A DNA stretch of 64,000 bases from Marsupella aquatica (GCA_973895155.1 OZ316896.1:16852754-16916753); one strand, 5' to 3'; shown: positions 46,093-61,143, counted from the first letter of the stretch. Made by a program: numbers and translations. The notes: a model not told the origin generated them from the sequence alone.

Positions 46093-49000
46093 GTATAGCA
46101 TATGCCTTTGTTTAATTCACTTGCATTGGGAATGCAACGAAAGTAAATTGATCTCATTAATGATATCATATCCTCATTAAAATCCCAAGCATTCAAGTCA
46201 GATAAAGTGCAAAGAATCATCGTACCAGAATTAAACAAAATTGTACTTTCTGCAAGTCCATATGGAGTACCGTAATTTGCTCAGTACTCTCCAACAGTTT
46301 AGAAATCTTGGAATAGCATTCTTTGGAAACAAACTCATTTATTGTTGTCTATTCAATTGTGTAATTGAAAGCCACTTGCAAGCTGGACGCGAGACGATGT
46401 GGACGGGACAGTGTAGCCAATGGTCAAATATAGTACGAGACCCAAGACGAAAGATTGCATTGATCTCAAGAAGACTGAATGAATCTTATTGCTTCCTCCC
46501 TCCTGCAGTATCAACCCCCCTATTTTAAATCTGGCCACAATCTTCCTCCCTCATGCAGTATGGCCCCCCCTATTTTCAATCTGGCCATAATATTCTGGAC
46601 CACTTTACACTCAGATACATATTATACAGCCAGTCCCTAGGAAGGTTCCCTCTTGTATTTTGGGTAGATGACACTTGTGGCCCTATGAGAAGCCTCAGCT
46701 TATGATCACTAGATCTATGTCTGGTCAGATTTCAGATTTGGACCATTGGTTTTGACAAATTAATAGCTAAGACCTATTTGTTACAATTCACAAGGCACAT
46801 CACCTTGTAGAAATTTGCACAGAAAGAAACCCTGGTCCCAAGGCTAACACTTTACGTTGTTTCTAAAATAAAATAGATCATCATGCAAAGCCATGGACAA
46901 TGATGCTCCCATGGACCCTAGATATTATCCAGGCAACCAGGATGGACCACTAGGAGTATGCTTTGTCACCTTGTTAGTGAAATGTGAGTCATCGGTTGCA
47001 AAAACACATGGGAGCATTTTGACAAACCTAGGGGGTCCATTCATTATCATAAAAAGATTCTTTATGAGTCAAAGAATTCTAATGAACACTAGCATTAGCA
47101 CGTGGCAAAACTCAGTTCAGAGGCAGCCGTACGAGACAAAACAAAACACCACGTCTGTACGTGTAAAAGCGCCTTTATGAGTGAGCCAAATTGGAAAATG
47201 TTAAGAGATCAGGTGGCAAAACCTTATTCATGGAGGGCCATAATAGACAAACGAACGACCTTAAAAGAAGAGATAGTTTGTCGTCGAGAATCGTTTGACT
47301 TGGAGTTTTTTGGGTTCGTGTATATCTGTCCGTGTTCCATGCCCCAAATTGTCCATCCAACGCCCCAAACGAAAGGCACTGTAGGATCGAGAGTCGAGCT
47401 CACTACAGTACGAGCTCGCAGGCCATGATTGCTCACGTAGGCTATGGAGGCAGGCCTCCGGCCCAGACGCCCAGTAGTGTAGAAGTTTTCATCACCGAAA
47501 GGTGCCACACCTGTGGACGACGTCCGGTTAGATATAAATATATGTAATATCAGGATCAGGATACTGTTTTGAGGCTGGGAGACCCCCTGCATCCCTTTTT
47601 GTTTGGCCAGAGATTATTCTTCGTCGACCTCTGTGGAAAGAGAGTACAAAAGTTCTAATTATGCTCCTGATCTGCTTAGATCTCATGAGATGCTGAGGGG
47701 AGCGAGAAAGGGAGAGGCAGAAAAGGATAGGGAGGACTGGTGGAATAGTGCTTCTGATGAGTTTTTGTTTGCCCCGGGAATGGTAGCAAGAAGGCCAGGG
47801 GCGAGAGCACGATCCAACGCTGAGAAAAGAGACAATGAATGATCGGGGCTTTAATTTCTGGCCTGGTCTGGTCTGGCCTGCAAGTAGATCCAGGTGAGGC
47901 GGAGGAAGATGATGAGATCAGACGCTGAGATCAGATGTGGACCCGGCCACCACCACCAACTACTTTTCAGCACAGGAGCAGCTGATGGCTGATGCTACTG
48001 CCCTCGAGATCGATCCCATCCATGATCAGACGCGTGAACCCAGTTGTCCTTTCCGTGTCTGGGCCCGGCCTCACGCTGGGTAGAGTGGACCATGCGCTGC
48101 CGCAGGATCGATCGCGTCCACCGCAAGGAAGAGTGGATGATCGATCGTCACACGGTCATGCGGAGGAGGAGGAGAAGAATTCCTCCTCCATGGTTTCGAC
48201 CAGACGAGGAGGATGAGTGCTGGAGTGGAGAGTGGACTGTCCTACCTCGGGTGACGAGCTAGTTTGCTCGCTGAAGCAGCGGAGATGGTGGATGTGGAGG
48301 GGAGACGGAGCATATCATGGAGAAAATAGGGTGTGGCCTTTCCGCTTCCCAAGTCAGCTAGATTACCGCCGGCTCTGCACAGCAATCCGTGGGCACCTTT
48401 CTCTGTCATAATTCCTTCCTGTCCTGCTGCTGCTGCAACGACCATCATTCTGCATGCTCTACTGGCCTCGTCTTAGGAGTAAAACTTAGCCCTCTTCTAC
48501 GGAGCGTGATGCTGCTCCATTGACTGGACTTTTGGCCTAGCAAGGGTTTGTACCCAGAGGCTCTCCGAAAAACTTCTTCTCAGTCCGAATCCAAGCAGGT
48601 AGCGAAGGTGCTCATGATCACTCATTCCGGCCCCAAATCAATCATTCCTGGATCGAAGGTGTTTCAATCACACCAATGTTTGACCTATCTGAGCTGTACT
48701 GTAGTTTGTGCAGTGAGAATGGATCCCGCGTGAGGCCGTTTTTGGGTGCTGTCGCAGCTTCGGTGGAAAGCTCGCATGATTCGTGAAATTGGAGGCTTGG
48801 TGGTGTACAGTGCCGTCCGATCGGGAGACACTCGGACGTCGGTATCCAGATTTAGATTTTCAGCCTCTAACTTGTCATGTTCGCTGATTTACGAAGGACT
48901 CTCGGTGCACCGGATTCGTTAAGGGTTCTGGGATCGGATACAGGAAAGTAGCTGCGCTTTGGTCTTCACCAGCCGGACCGGTGCAAACTCGAGTTCAGGA

Positions 49001-49629
49001 TTGTTGTGGCAACGTCTTAGTACTCGAGTATATGGGCTTGACAAAGATATCGATGAAAATCTTGCTACGAGGGAGATGGGATTTGGTTCAATGGTCGGTC
49101 CAGGAGTTGACGGTTGATGGTGTGGCCATATAGTTGAGAGATCACCGCAAGATCATGAGGATACAGTTGAGTACCAGGGTTACAGACTCCGAGCACGAGC
49201 AGGCGTAGATCAATAATTGCGTGGTTTTCATGAATATTGCCAGTTATAATGGGATGATTGAGGCCGTCCATATGTGTACCAACATGAATGCCGATGGCTC
49301 GCAAGTCGAAGGCTTCTCCTGATTATCTCAAGTCCGAGAGGAATTGCTTTGAAAAACGTATGATAGATTTAATTGTCGTGAGCTTTTCCAAGGATTGATG
49401 AGTTCCAGCAGAATTACTCTCGTCCAATTTGGAAGGATGATAGATCTGGAAGAGACGTTTGTCATCAATTGTTACTCATTAATTGGGGAGCTAGACCAGT
49501 GCACAGTCGTTTACGCCATACCAATCTAGGACACATGTAGGGGGCCGGAGCGAAGAAGATACAGTAGTTATATTGAATCGGCTGGGGGTGCTGTGTGAAA
49601 TCGGGGAAGAAGATGGTATATCACTCGTG

Positions 49630-52600
49630 ATGGGAGCGAGCAATAGTGAATCTAGGGAGACCATGGAAAGGGTGATAGAAGGAATTCCTGTAAATGGCGG
49701 CCTCCAGGCTCCCGAATTTGTGTTAGGGGCTGAACCTTCAACAACGGCATCATCGGCTGTAGCTGTTCGAGTCTCGGACGATCTCGAGCCACGCGAAATC
49801 ACTCACGAGGGAGCTGCTCCAGGAGTATCAATGAACCAAGGACTGGACAATTATGGAGCAGCTGCTCATCAAGCAGGAGATCTGCTCGAGATTCTAGGCG
49901 CCTCCAATTCTTCCAACGCAAACGAATTCGTCGGTCTCTCTCCACTTATTCAAAGTGGTACAAGTATTCGCAAGGCAACTCGGATCGCACTTCAAGCATG
50001 CTTCAATTCATGCCCCTTCCCCGAAAGTTTGCCGGGTTTGGTACCACTGCTCCTGAAGGATAAGAATAGAGTAGTGCAGGAACAGGCAGCGAAAGCCTTA
50101 GCCGACTTATCTGCAGTTGAAAGTCACCAGATGCAGATTGCCACCTTCCCCAATGCTGTTGCAAGTCTCATAAGGTTATTGTTCAGAAGGCAGGGCTCCA
50201 GCGTTCAGGAGTACGCAGCGCTGGCGTTGGGCAATTTGGGTGCATCTCAGGACATGCATGCGTACGTGCAAAGAATAGCAGAAACGCCCGATGCCGTGAG
50301 TAATCTCGTCAAAGCTCTCGTCCCGTTACTGTTCCGGGACGAGAACTCTCTCGTGCAAGAGCAGGCTTGCAGAGCGCTGACGGACCTCTCGTCTGTGCTA
50401 CTGAGCCACAAGGAGATCGGAGCTATCCCACGAGCCATAGTCGGGTTTGTTAGATTGCTATCGAAAAACGAGAGCCCGTATGGGCAGGAATGTGCAGCAC
50501 TGACCTTATCAAACCTTGCAGTGTCGCTCGAAAATACAGGTAAAATAGTGCATTGTCCGAATGCTTTGGCATCCCTCGTAGTTTTACTGGTCGATGACAA
50601 ACGGCCTGCTCTTCAAGAGCACGTGACGAAGACTCTGGGGAACCTCGCCTACGCACAGGAAAATGCAATGTTGATCGGCGATTCCCCTCTTTTCCCACAG
50701 TTCTTAGACGGCCTAGCCAAACTGCTTTGGAGGCCTGTGGATCACATCAGTGGGATCTTGGCACAAGAAATGGCTGCGGCGACATTCAAGAACCTCTCTT
50801 TCACCGAAGAGATCAACGGAAAGATGGGGGAGTACCCGGATGTGTTGGGAGGATTAGTGAAGTGTCTGTTCAAGGATCAGAGCCCTTCGTCGGCCGAGTA
50901 CGCAGCCATGGCATTAGGAAACCTCGCTCTATGTCAGGAGAACAAGCAGCGGATCGCCAACGTCCCCAATGCATTGGCTGGGCTAATCAGGCTTCTCCTG
51001 AGGTATGAAAACCCTGCAGGGCAAAAGGAGGCGTTGTTCGCGGTATCTAATCTGGCTTACGGTGATGACAGCGTCAGAGTGAAAATCGCAGAGTTTCCGG
51101 GAGCTTTGCATTGTCTCGTCAAGCTGTTGTCCAAGACTGAGAAGTTTGCAGGGGCCGACGAGGATTCTATTGCTGCCATAGACTCCACTTTACAAGAGAG
51201 TGCGGTGAGTGTGTTGTGTAATCTCACATGCGTCGAGCAGAATTCGACCAAGATCGCTGAATTCCCCGGTGCTCTGGAAGGACTCACTAGTTTGTTTCTA
51301 GACTGCGGAGCCGGTGCTGACCTTGTCTTGCAGGAGAAGGTCGCCAAAGTTTTGAGTAATCTCGCCATCGAATCCAGAAACAAAGAGATTCTCGCGCAGT
51401 TCCCGAACGTTCTTGCAGGTCTTGTGCGATCTCTCTTAGAAGGAAAATGCCCGGGCCTGCAGGAACACGCGGCCAAGGCCTTGAGAAGGCTCGCCGATGT
51501 AGAGGCGAACCAATTGACCATACTGTCGGAATTCCCTGATGCTCTCCCTGGCCTCGTGCTTCTGTTAGGGAAGCACGATTTCCCCGCTGTCCAGGGAAGT
51601 GCAGCAGGGGCGTTGGTAAACCTCGCACGAGCCAAAGAGAACCGCATGAAAATGGCGGAATTCCCTGGAACACTAGAAGGTCTCAAAAGCGTGATCCTGA
51701 ACGAAGAGAGCGCCGACGTGCAGGAGAACGCCATCATAGCGTTGAGTAACCTCGCCATAGAGGGGAAGAACAAGAAGACTATTGTGGAGTTTCCAGGAAT
51801 GTTGGCAGATTTTGTGACTCTGATCTCCAAACCGGGGAGCCCTCGTGTCCAGGAGCTGGCCGCCGGGGTACTGGCGAGGCTCGCAGAGACATGGAGGATG
51901 CAACTGAGAGTAGCCATGTTTCCCAATGCCGACGTGGTAGAGCTTCTGACGAAGTTGTTAAACACGGAGGATAAGAGCAGGAGTCTCGTGCAAGAGTTCG
52001 CAGCATGGGCCATTGGAAACCTTGCAGTTGCACCCGAGAACCAAGCGAGGATTGCACAATGCCCGGACACGATTCCCACTCTGGTGAGATTGATAGGGAC
52101 GGCGGATGATGGCAGCAGCTGCTCCTATGGCTTGCGGTACCAAGTGGCATGGACTTTGGCGAATCTGGCTGAGGAGGCGGACAATAGGAAGGCCATGATA
52201 GGGGCTGTGGAAGGGCTTACTAGCTTGTTGGGTCCGGAGGAGCACGTCGATCAGAAACTAAGGAATTTATCCAAACGGAGCGCAGCGAAGGCCTTGACAC
52301 TGATCGATTTAGATAAAGGTAGAGCTTTGCCGCTTCATTTTGGCAAAGCTTATGCAGGAAGGGGAGAGGCCCTCCTCAGCCTTGGAATGTACAATGAAGC
52401 CCTGTTCGACATGAATGTGGCGAATCGTCTCGACCCAGAGAGTGCTACAACTTGGAGGTACACACTTGTCCCATGTTTCAAGTTGAAGCTCGGAGTAATA
52501 TGTATTCCGCATCATCCCCTGGCAATGACTCTACGTTACAGAGAAACGAAATCATTACTCGAGATGTACAGGATAAGGAACTCGTATCATTTGTCAATAA

Positions 52601-53598
52601 CGTGACCATTCTGATTGAGCATCGTTGATGTCACTATGGACTCACAACTATCCAAAATTAACATTTAAGAGTGTCCCTCGTTTGTTTTCTTTACTGACAG
52701 TGGACGTTATAATGTGATTCACTAAATCAATCGTTCCATCGAGAATATAATTATTTGGCTCATTAATTGGTGACGGTGCAAGCCAGTTCATCAACACAGA
52801 TGGCCACGAGTTGACATTGTTCTGTCAATGCCATCATCTCACCTGAAAGTCTGGTCTTGCTTCACAAGTTGATAGACTCGTAAGTCGAGTTACAGTCGCC
52901 ATAATAGAGTCCATTTAGTGGGAGTAAACTTACATTACAGACCGTTACATAGTGATTCGATCATTGAGGACGCGTGGGCACAATTTGAAAGTTCTCAGTG
53001 CCACATAATTAAAAGGTTGTGTTGGCGGTGAAGGTTTTAATGGTTCCATTCTGGAATAGGTTGGGTAGGCTTTTATTACATCTTGCCCTTCGCCAGACTC
53101 ATACGCTCGTTGTGAGAATAGCTCAATTAACACTGCTTCGCTGGGCATCCAGACTATCCATACACCACCTGCAGTACCTACTGTACATTACTGATGAGCG
53201 TCAGAACTTCTCGGCTTCATTGCAGCTTTCGGAGTTTCGTAAAGACAATGCTTCACGACTACGAAGGGGCGTTGCCGGATGCCAATAAGGCGGTGGAGCT
53301 GGAGCCGGACTATGCAGGCAGGTGGCAAGAAAGGGGAATCCTGCGACGAATCATGGGAAATCTGGAAGGAGCCCTGGAAGATCTCAACAAGGCCATCGAG
53401 CTGGATCCCGACGAAGAAGGGGACTACGAGCTTTTGAAGCACCGAGGTTTTACCAAATTCCTGCTGGGGGACGAGGCAGGGGCTCGAGCGGATGCGGAAT
53501 GGGCCATTCGCGTGACACCGGGCTATGTGAAGTACGGAAGAATGCCGTGCGGTTTGTATTGTCTTCCTGTGCATTATCTGAGCTACAGTCTCGATTGA
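49630..53598 (+). CDS. Armadillo-repeat protein with C-terminal TPR repeats; exons 49630-52457 and 53226-53598 (start codon uncertain)
   Basis: Many ~43-aa repeats of the type QE.AA.AL.NLA....N...IA..P.AL..LV.LL. TPR segments AYAGRGEALLSLGMYNEALFD and ERGILRRIMGNLEGALEDLNKAIELDP are joined in frame by a GT-AG intron. Confidence 0.85.
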
Positions 53599-56500
53599 AG
53601 CACGTGGCCATGGCCAGAATGCACCTACCAACCCACCCGACTGAGCTGAATCAGATTGTCATAGCCAGAAAATCTGCATAGCTAGAAAACTACCGCTTGG
53701 AGTGTGGATTTTACTATCCCGCAAGATGGATCGTGCAAATCTGCCCAATCGATCGTTTCAATGTGCCCAGCTGCGCGCCCATCAGCTTCATGGCTCACTG
53801 TCGCATGAACTGTTTGTATAATTTACCCTTCCCCGTCTCCCTCGTGGGTCCCCGCGGAAGCTGCTGTAGCTATCCTCAGAGACAAAGAAAGAAGCAGGTG
53901 AGCGACTTTTGGCACTGTTAGTGATATATAACTTATGGGGGAATGAGCCAGAAAAAATTAAAGTTAAAGTAGAACGTTTTGACCGCTAGTGGCTATAGGT
54001 AGTTCAATACGATGTAAATAGAAGAAGGAGAAGAAGAGCATGCACGCCCCAGATACTTTCACAGCTGAGAGGGCTTATAGAGAGAGAGAGAGAGTGAGAG
54101 AGAGAGAGCGAGAGCGAGGTCACCAGGAGCTGACGAACGACTCTTTCGGAAGGATTTGAAGAGAGAAGAAAGCTTTGAATTTCGTTACTTCGGATAATTT
54201 CCATTTCCAATATTGTCGTCCCATGTCCATCGTTCTGCATCCAGTCGGATAATGACAGTAAAGACTGATGAGTAGGAACGAATCGTCTGATGATCTGAGT
54301 AGTTCGCTGTCAATCGGACTGAGGGAGAGGGAGTGAGAAAGAGAGTTACGAATCTTGATCAAGTTGCTGTAAAGTTGACTGCACGTTGGTAGTCCAGATA
54401 GACACGAGTTGTGTCCTGCTCATGGTCTGAAGTTAGGAACCCACTCTCTGACTCACGGAAAGGGCCCATGGAACATTAAAGTTGACTGGCATCTACGTTG
54501 GTGATGATTGATTGTGTGCCTTTGCGTCACATCGCTCGACCCATCACTTCATCACACGTGCTTCTGTTGCTGGGGAGGGTATAACGGTCGGTCCACCTCA
54601 CAACCTAGCTTTTACAGTGGGTTTACATGGCTAGCTCATTGGGTGCTCGCTCACATCTATCTTTCTGTGTAATTGTTGACGTACCGTGCAACTTCCCTTG
54701 GGCAGTGAGTGACTGAGTGCTGTGCCATGTGCACGTTTTTTCCCTCGGGACTCTCACCATCGTCACTAGTCAATCGTCACGAAGCGTTTGGAGTACAGTA
54801 CAGTAGTAGCAGTTTGAACTTCGGAGAATTGTCACTAGGGATCTCATTGTGGTTGGTTGGTACTGTAATTGCAACTGTTCCTAGACATCACGTGGGGAAG
54901 TGGTTCATTCTGAGAGTGATAATTGCTTGCTGAACAAGTGAACTTCTAGCATTTGGACCTTTTTGCATATGATCTACATAATTATGCTATGTTGGGTAGA
55001 GCAGAATTCATGCATTGGGCCAATCTCACCCGTTCGTTGCCTGTAGTCCTGTCCTTTAGCAAATAATTGAACTATTGCCATTATTTTTCAAGTGTCAAAA
55101 GCTATGAGTATACCTCACTTCTGGGTGTGACTTGTTATGCACCATTCCCTCCACAAGTTGCCTCAGAATCTTTGTCTCATAGGTTTGGAATGGGCCTGCT
55201 AGCCTTGAGGATCATCCAGGTGTCTCATGCTGTAGATTAGGGAAAGTTCTCTTATCCTGTACAGGTCTTGACTCCAAGTAGGACCAATGTCTCTCCAAGG
55301 TGGTCACCCCCACTTGGGTGACTGAGTTCGGAATCCAATTAACCACCCATCATATTCCACTTAGGTTTCCAACAATTGTTCTCCAGCTAGTCACACATTT
55401 AGTAGTCTCTGTAGCCACTTGTGTTGGATGGTATGTCAATGTGATGGCAAGGTCATGATGGCCAGGTGCTCAGGTCCTCCCCTGATAGATGCTTCTAAAG
55501 ACCTGTCACCCCAGGATTTGCTTGCTTTGGTCTTATGTCATGCTTTGGTCCCCACCCTGACCTGTAACCTACCTGCATGAACAAGGCCAGTTGGACCTGC
55601 CCTTGACTTTGCATTTCTTCATTAGGATGCTGATCCCAATGAGTCCAAATGGAGTTTGAGGATGTGAGTACATCATGCCCTTCTTAGTGTTGGGTCCGAT
55701 AGTGAATCAACTTTAGGTCCTGTGAACCAACTTCAGGTCTGGTCCAGGTGCAGAGTGTGTCCAGTCCATTTGTTTCTAGTACACCTTTTATTCAAGAAAA
55801 GCCAAGTAGTTGATAAGGGAAGAAGCAGAGTTTTTTTCCCCCTTTTTTGCTTGCAATGGCTCAAGCACTTTCTGTTGCCCCCAGTGCCATTTCTTTCAGA
55901 AGACCGCAAGTGCCAAGTGGCCATCATGGGTTTTTCTGCCTATACACACATTCCATCCCCCAGTCTATTTCCATGGCCAATATTCACACATCAAAATGTG
56001 GTAAATATAGGGTGTGCATTCATTGATTTAAAGAAAAAACAAGGTTTATCATTGTATGGAGTGTTGTCATACCACGATATATGTCATATTTTGATGTGCG
56101 CTTGCCGGGACCCATTTCCCAAGCTATTTGATGAGGTTTTTCCCTCACCACCCACGTTTTACAGCTGCAGTAGCAAGGCCTAATTTGCACAGGCACAGCC
56201 CACAACCTCAACCACCTCTTTGCGTTTTCTGGCTGATTGTGGACCTTTTTGGTGCCTTGTGCAACTGTCAATGCCTGCCTGCCTCCTTTTGGCACCCAAC
56301 ATCCATTTCCAGTTGCCTTGTGCGAGCAGGGGTGTGAGTACTGATCGGGGTATAAAGTCACCCAAATGTTGAATACTACTATTATATATATATATTCAAA
56401 CACAATACATGCATAGCTTGCAAATGTATAAATGAACCCCTGTATCAACAAAAGAAATGCAATTTTTTTTGCATCAAACTTAACAGGCTAGGGTGTTACC

Positions 56501-57536
56501 GGTGTACATCTTCCAGCTCACTAATGCAAATCGAATAGTCATTCTGGTTGCAAATTCAAGTATATCCAAGCACACTAGCAATGTTGTGGTTACTCACAAC
56601 AGAATAAAATTTTGTACAGAGATCGACAACTCCGATAATAGATTCCGCCAATTCTGGCAAAAGAGAATGAATCCTGGCCGTTTGCCAAAAATGGATATTC
56701 CATCACCGTCGGATTATTTTCCTCCACCTGTCCTGCATCAACTGCCTGCGCAACTGTGTGCCTGCTTCTGCATGCATGTGCTTGCTTACAGCCTGATACG
56801 TATTTAGAATAACTTAGTGCCATTTGACTTTGCACAATTATTCTAAAAATGCCCAGAAAAGCAAATGCCTTTAAAAATATTCTGCTTGTGAGTCAAAGAG
56901 CGCATTATTTCAGCCGGCTTGGAGTGAAAGCATAAAAATCTTTTTGGTTGAAAAGTATGAGAATATATGATAAAAAAACACAAAAAGTAAAGAAATGAAA
57001 GGGCAATGAGTGGGCACCCTCACTAAATGACTTTTCAAGTTCTAAAAGAACAAAAGAATATTTTATAATAAAAAATTCTTCTCTTATATTAGTAACACAA
57101 CTTTAGCAATTTACAAAGATTAAAAAATGACTATCTTGCGTTAGACTCATAGGTAAACTTTGACAAGCCATGCTTCATTTGGGAAACAAGATACTTACAA
57201 CCACTCATAAAATAAAGCTTGTCTGTAGTAATTGGTTTATTGATAACCCAACTTTCCTGGACATATCTTGGGCTAGGGCTTCCACAAAATGTGTAATCTA
57301 GTGCTCTTTGTCACATTTTGCTCTACCTGAGAAAACCTTAGAGGGGCAGTTTGCATTAATTGTTGTAGTCAGTGTTATTTTGATTTTTGATAAAAAACAA
57401 TTGGGGTGTTCATTTCTTTTCTTTCACCCATCACACATGAAAAGTATGTGGCTTTTTATTGGGTTTAAAATACTTCTAAATGTTTGTGGAAGAACACTAG
57501 GGGTGTCTTAATTCACTGCCTAGAATTATAAGAATC

Positions 57537-57960
57537 ACTAGACTGATGCCCATGCGTTGCACAAAACATGTTGAGGTGAGAAAAGTTGTTGAGGTGACAA
57601 AACGATGTCAAGGTGAAAAAAGATGTCATGAGAGAAAGGGATGTCAAGACGAGGAAAAGATGTGAAGATGAGAAAAATATGTAGAGGAGAGAAAACATGT
57701 CAAGGTGGGGGAAATTTTTTGTGGTGAGATACAGATGTCAAGGTGCAACAAACGAAGGTAAGATGTTGAGGTGAGAAAAAGGTGACAAGTCAAGAAAATG
57801 ACGTAAACGGATGTCGAAAAGAGAAAATGTCAAGGGTGAGAAGAAATGGTCACGGTGGGCTAAAGATGTCAATGTGAGAAAAAAATGATGAGTGAGAAAA
57901 AGATGTCTAGGCAAGGTGAAGTTGTTGTGGTGGTATATTCAATAACCCGTGCATTTCATG
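57537..57960 (-). mobile_element. Possible non-autonomous Helitron 3' end with degenerate GATGTCAAGGTGAGAAAA subrepeats
   Basis: Minus strand reads GTGCAACGCATGGGCATCAGT-CTAG-T, resembling the plant Helitron terminal hairpin plus CTAG. The hairpin is degenerate. Confidence 0.4.
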
Positions 57961-59218
57961 TAGAAAATAAAAACAAAATAACGGCCACTGCAGCATAGAG
58001 TCCAAGCACACACAAGTGATAGGAATTTTATGTTTTTTAAAAATAGACATAAATAGATTTTAGTAAATTTTCAATTATATTTTTATCTTGGTCAGGTTTG
58101 GCATGAAATGGGCAGCTTGGGCAGAGGCAATTTAGATTAAAAGGGGTATGAGCAGATCTGATGGTGCTAGGAAAACAAATTTTTAATAAAGGACTAAGAT
58201 TGGTTCACACTTTTTACTCAGTCTTCTTGTCTGACCCTAGTGCATTGATAGAGGCCCTCCCTATTTCCATTTTCCTATTGGATCCCTTTTTGCTTGGAAA
58301 CTGCGCATTTTATTTTCATCCACACTAAATTAAATGTTTTTTTTAATTCCTTCTCTTTGATTCGATTCTTTTATGTTTGTCATTTGGGGGGCACTTTAAA
58401 TTTGAATGACTACCACTCTATAAAATGATGCAACCTTGTATTATAGCTTTTGATAGTGTTTTCTAAGACCAAATACAAGAAGAATCCAAAAAGTTAGGGG
58501 TAAAAAATCACTTTCAAATCTGATATAATTAGGGTGTGATTCCGCCAAATTTTCATGTGATATTGGACCTCCCCTTGGAATGCGGCCCCGAGAAAAAAAA
58601 TTGCACACAAAAGCCCCAAAATAAATGAATGATGAATGAAGATTGGAAAAAAAGCATGTACGCTTTGAGTCAACACAAAAATTTCAATTCTTTGCTCACT
58701 TCAAGTGAGTGAATTCAAATGGAAACACTCAATGATATCAATGGTACCACAAGATGGAAACACTCAATGGTACCACAAGAGGCCATTCAATTGTGCTCCA
58801 TGTCTTCCTTCTTGAGGTAAATCTCATTAGAGCTTTGGAGTCTTTCTCGACATTTCTCTACCAGGATCTTCATTTGCTGATTATAAATATAAGTAAGGTC
58901 TTATGTTTGTGGTAGTTTTTTAGTGGTGCTCTTAGGACCTGGTTATTAGGGCCTTTTGTCTCTTGGGGTGCCTCGCCTTGATTAGGGCATCTCAAATCTT
59001 GGCCTTAACAAGATAAAGTCCTCCCATAGTTCAAGCATAATGGGAACTCTCGTAAAAGTTATGGGAGCTTGGCTACCGTAAGAAAAGCCCTCGGGCTCAA
59101 CACTTGACCCTAACTTTCCCGCAGCTTCAGGCAGAAATCCGGAAATCTAGTACTCCGGAATTCAGGAAAGCCGCAATTGAAGGCATGCAGAATTTTCCCC
59201 TGACATGGTGATTGCTGC

Positions 59219-59352
59219 TGCATTTGAGGCCACGATTGATCAAAAATTAAGGAAAAAATAATATATCCTATGAGACAGGTGAGACTGCATTTGAGGGCAC
59301 GGCTGATCAAAAATTAAGGAAAAAATAATATATCCTACGAGACAGGTGAGAC
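59219..59352. repeat. ~67-bp tandem duplication
   Basis: TGCATTTGAGG...GAGACAGGTGAGAC occurs twice. Confidence 0.85.
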
Positions 59353-59925
59353 AGTAACTTGTGCCCTCATGGGGCGGATCAATGGTTTTTTTTAATTTAT
59401 TTTAAATTTTAAATTTTTATCTCCCCTCATTCTTGAAATTATATAACTAGGTCTCAAAACTTGAGTTATGAAATGTATAGCAAATCCCTAACTTTCTTTA
59501 ATGTCCGAGCTTTAGCACACCCTGGATTGTGTCCTGTTGCCTTTAGGGAACATGTTTCCCTCCGTGTTAGGCACCTTTTCTTCTTATACAATACAATACA
59601 ATATAATATTAATATATAGATTACCAAAGGCAATGAGAAGGTACAAGATCCAGTACAGTACAGTACTTCAGTGTGTCCAGTACAGTACTTCACTGAGTGC
59701 ACGTTCACTCCAAAAGGTGGTTCAGCTTTTGAGCCTTTTTTATTTGTTTATTACGTTGGCTGCACTGTAGGTCCCCTTCCTCAGGCAGTCCCGCGCGTGG
59801 AGGGGAGGAATCCACAATCATCGAGAGATGTCCTTTTGCAGCTTTTTACACACGGTTACGCGGTGGTAGCCATGAAGTGCAGTCTTTGCTGCAGTCCTGT
59901 GGATCTCGATGCCCAGTCCTTCACC

Positions 59926-60051
59926 AGTTGATGCCTCCTTCGACGAGTTTCATCCACCACAACCATAATTGCTTGCATAAGAATATGAAGTTGATGCCTC
60001 CTTCGACGAGTTTCATACACCACAACCATAATTGCTTGCATAAGAATATGA
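59926..60051. repeat. ~63-bp tandem duplication
   Basis: AGTTGATGCCTCCTTCG...AAGAATATGA occurs twice. Confidence 0.88.
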
Positions 60052-60255
60052 AGAAGAAATGACGGAAATTTCCATTTGATTCATCGTACAGAGACACAAT
60101 GAGAGGACCTTCCGGGATTTTCTCTCCGTGTCTGGGCAAGTAGTAAAGTTGATGTCAGTTGGTTTTTCGGTCAATCTGTGGATCAATACTTAGAACCCAC
60201 ATTGATCAGCAATCACTAAGAGAATGAATTGCCATTTAGAGTACATAAACACCAG

Positions 60256-60257
<2 letters not shown>

Positions 60258-60299
<42 letters not shown>
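60258..60299. repeat. (CT)n microsatellite
   Basis: Direct observation. Confidence 0.95.
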
Positions 60300-60302
<3 letters not shown>

Positions 60303-60959
60303 GGACAAGTAGCGAGTGAGATCCCCATCGGGCTCATCAATTGAAATCGATCAGTCGTTCGGTGAATTCTTTCTCTAGTCCATTGAGCGCATGCAGAATC
60401 AACATTGATCGGCAATTCACTAAGGAAACGACCGGAGTTTCCATTCAGAGGACAGAAACCACGACCATGAGAAGAACTTCCAAGAATGACATTAAGTTTG
60501 TCTCTCTCTCTCTCTGAAGTGAACATCGCTGAGTAAAAAGAAGGTGGGTGCCTAAGAAATCGAACTTGGTGGTTCGGTCAGAAAAGGCAGTGATAGAAGA
60601 TATTGCATGTAGAACTGTAGCAAAGACATTGGATGAGGCGCGTTCGTCCAGCAGCAGCTCGGCTGTCGGTCCGTTGCATGCACTTGTCTACTCAAGCAAT
60701 GACGAAAGGGAAATGATTGACACGCCACCTGACGCACTACCTTTGAAAAAGAGGACATAATCCAACGCGTTGAGCAGAAAGGGAATCCATTCTCCTCACT
60801 AATGATTAAATATAGCATCGTTTTCTAGAAGGATACAATCCCGATGTCCAGCACCTCACTGAAGCAAAAGAAACTACAGTACAATCCGGGTTGATCTTCC
60901 GTTCTGCTCCAACAAGTACGATGCTGGACCCCAGAAGCCGAGCATGATTGCTGCTGAGG

Positions 60960-61143
60960 CTTTCTAATGGGTCCCTGTGACGACATCAAAATATGACATG
61001 TATAACTTTCTAATGGGTATCAAAATATGACATGTATAACTTTCTAATGGGTCCCCTCTAATGGGTCCCTGTAACGACATCAAAATATGACATATATAAC
61101 TTTCTAATGGGTCCCTGTAACGACATCAAGATATGACATATAT
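60960..61143. repeat. Irregular ~46-bp minisatellite
   Basis: CTTTCTAATGGGTCCCTGT..CGACATCAAAATATGACAT repeated about 4 times with indels. Confidence 0.85.

Noticed and set aside
51057-52079. 340-aa minus-strand ORF
   Set aside because: Antisense shadow of the ARM-repeat exon.
55000-56450. Short ORFs that may come from a decayed DNA transposon
   Set aside because: No catalytic motifs or termini could be identified by eye.
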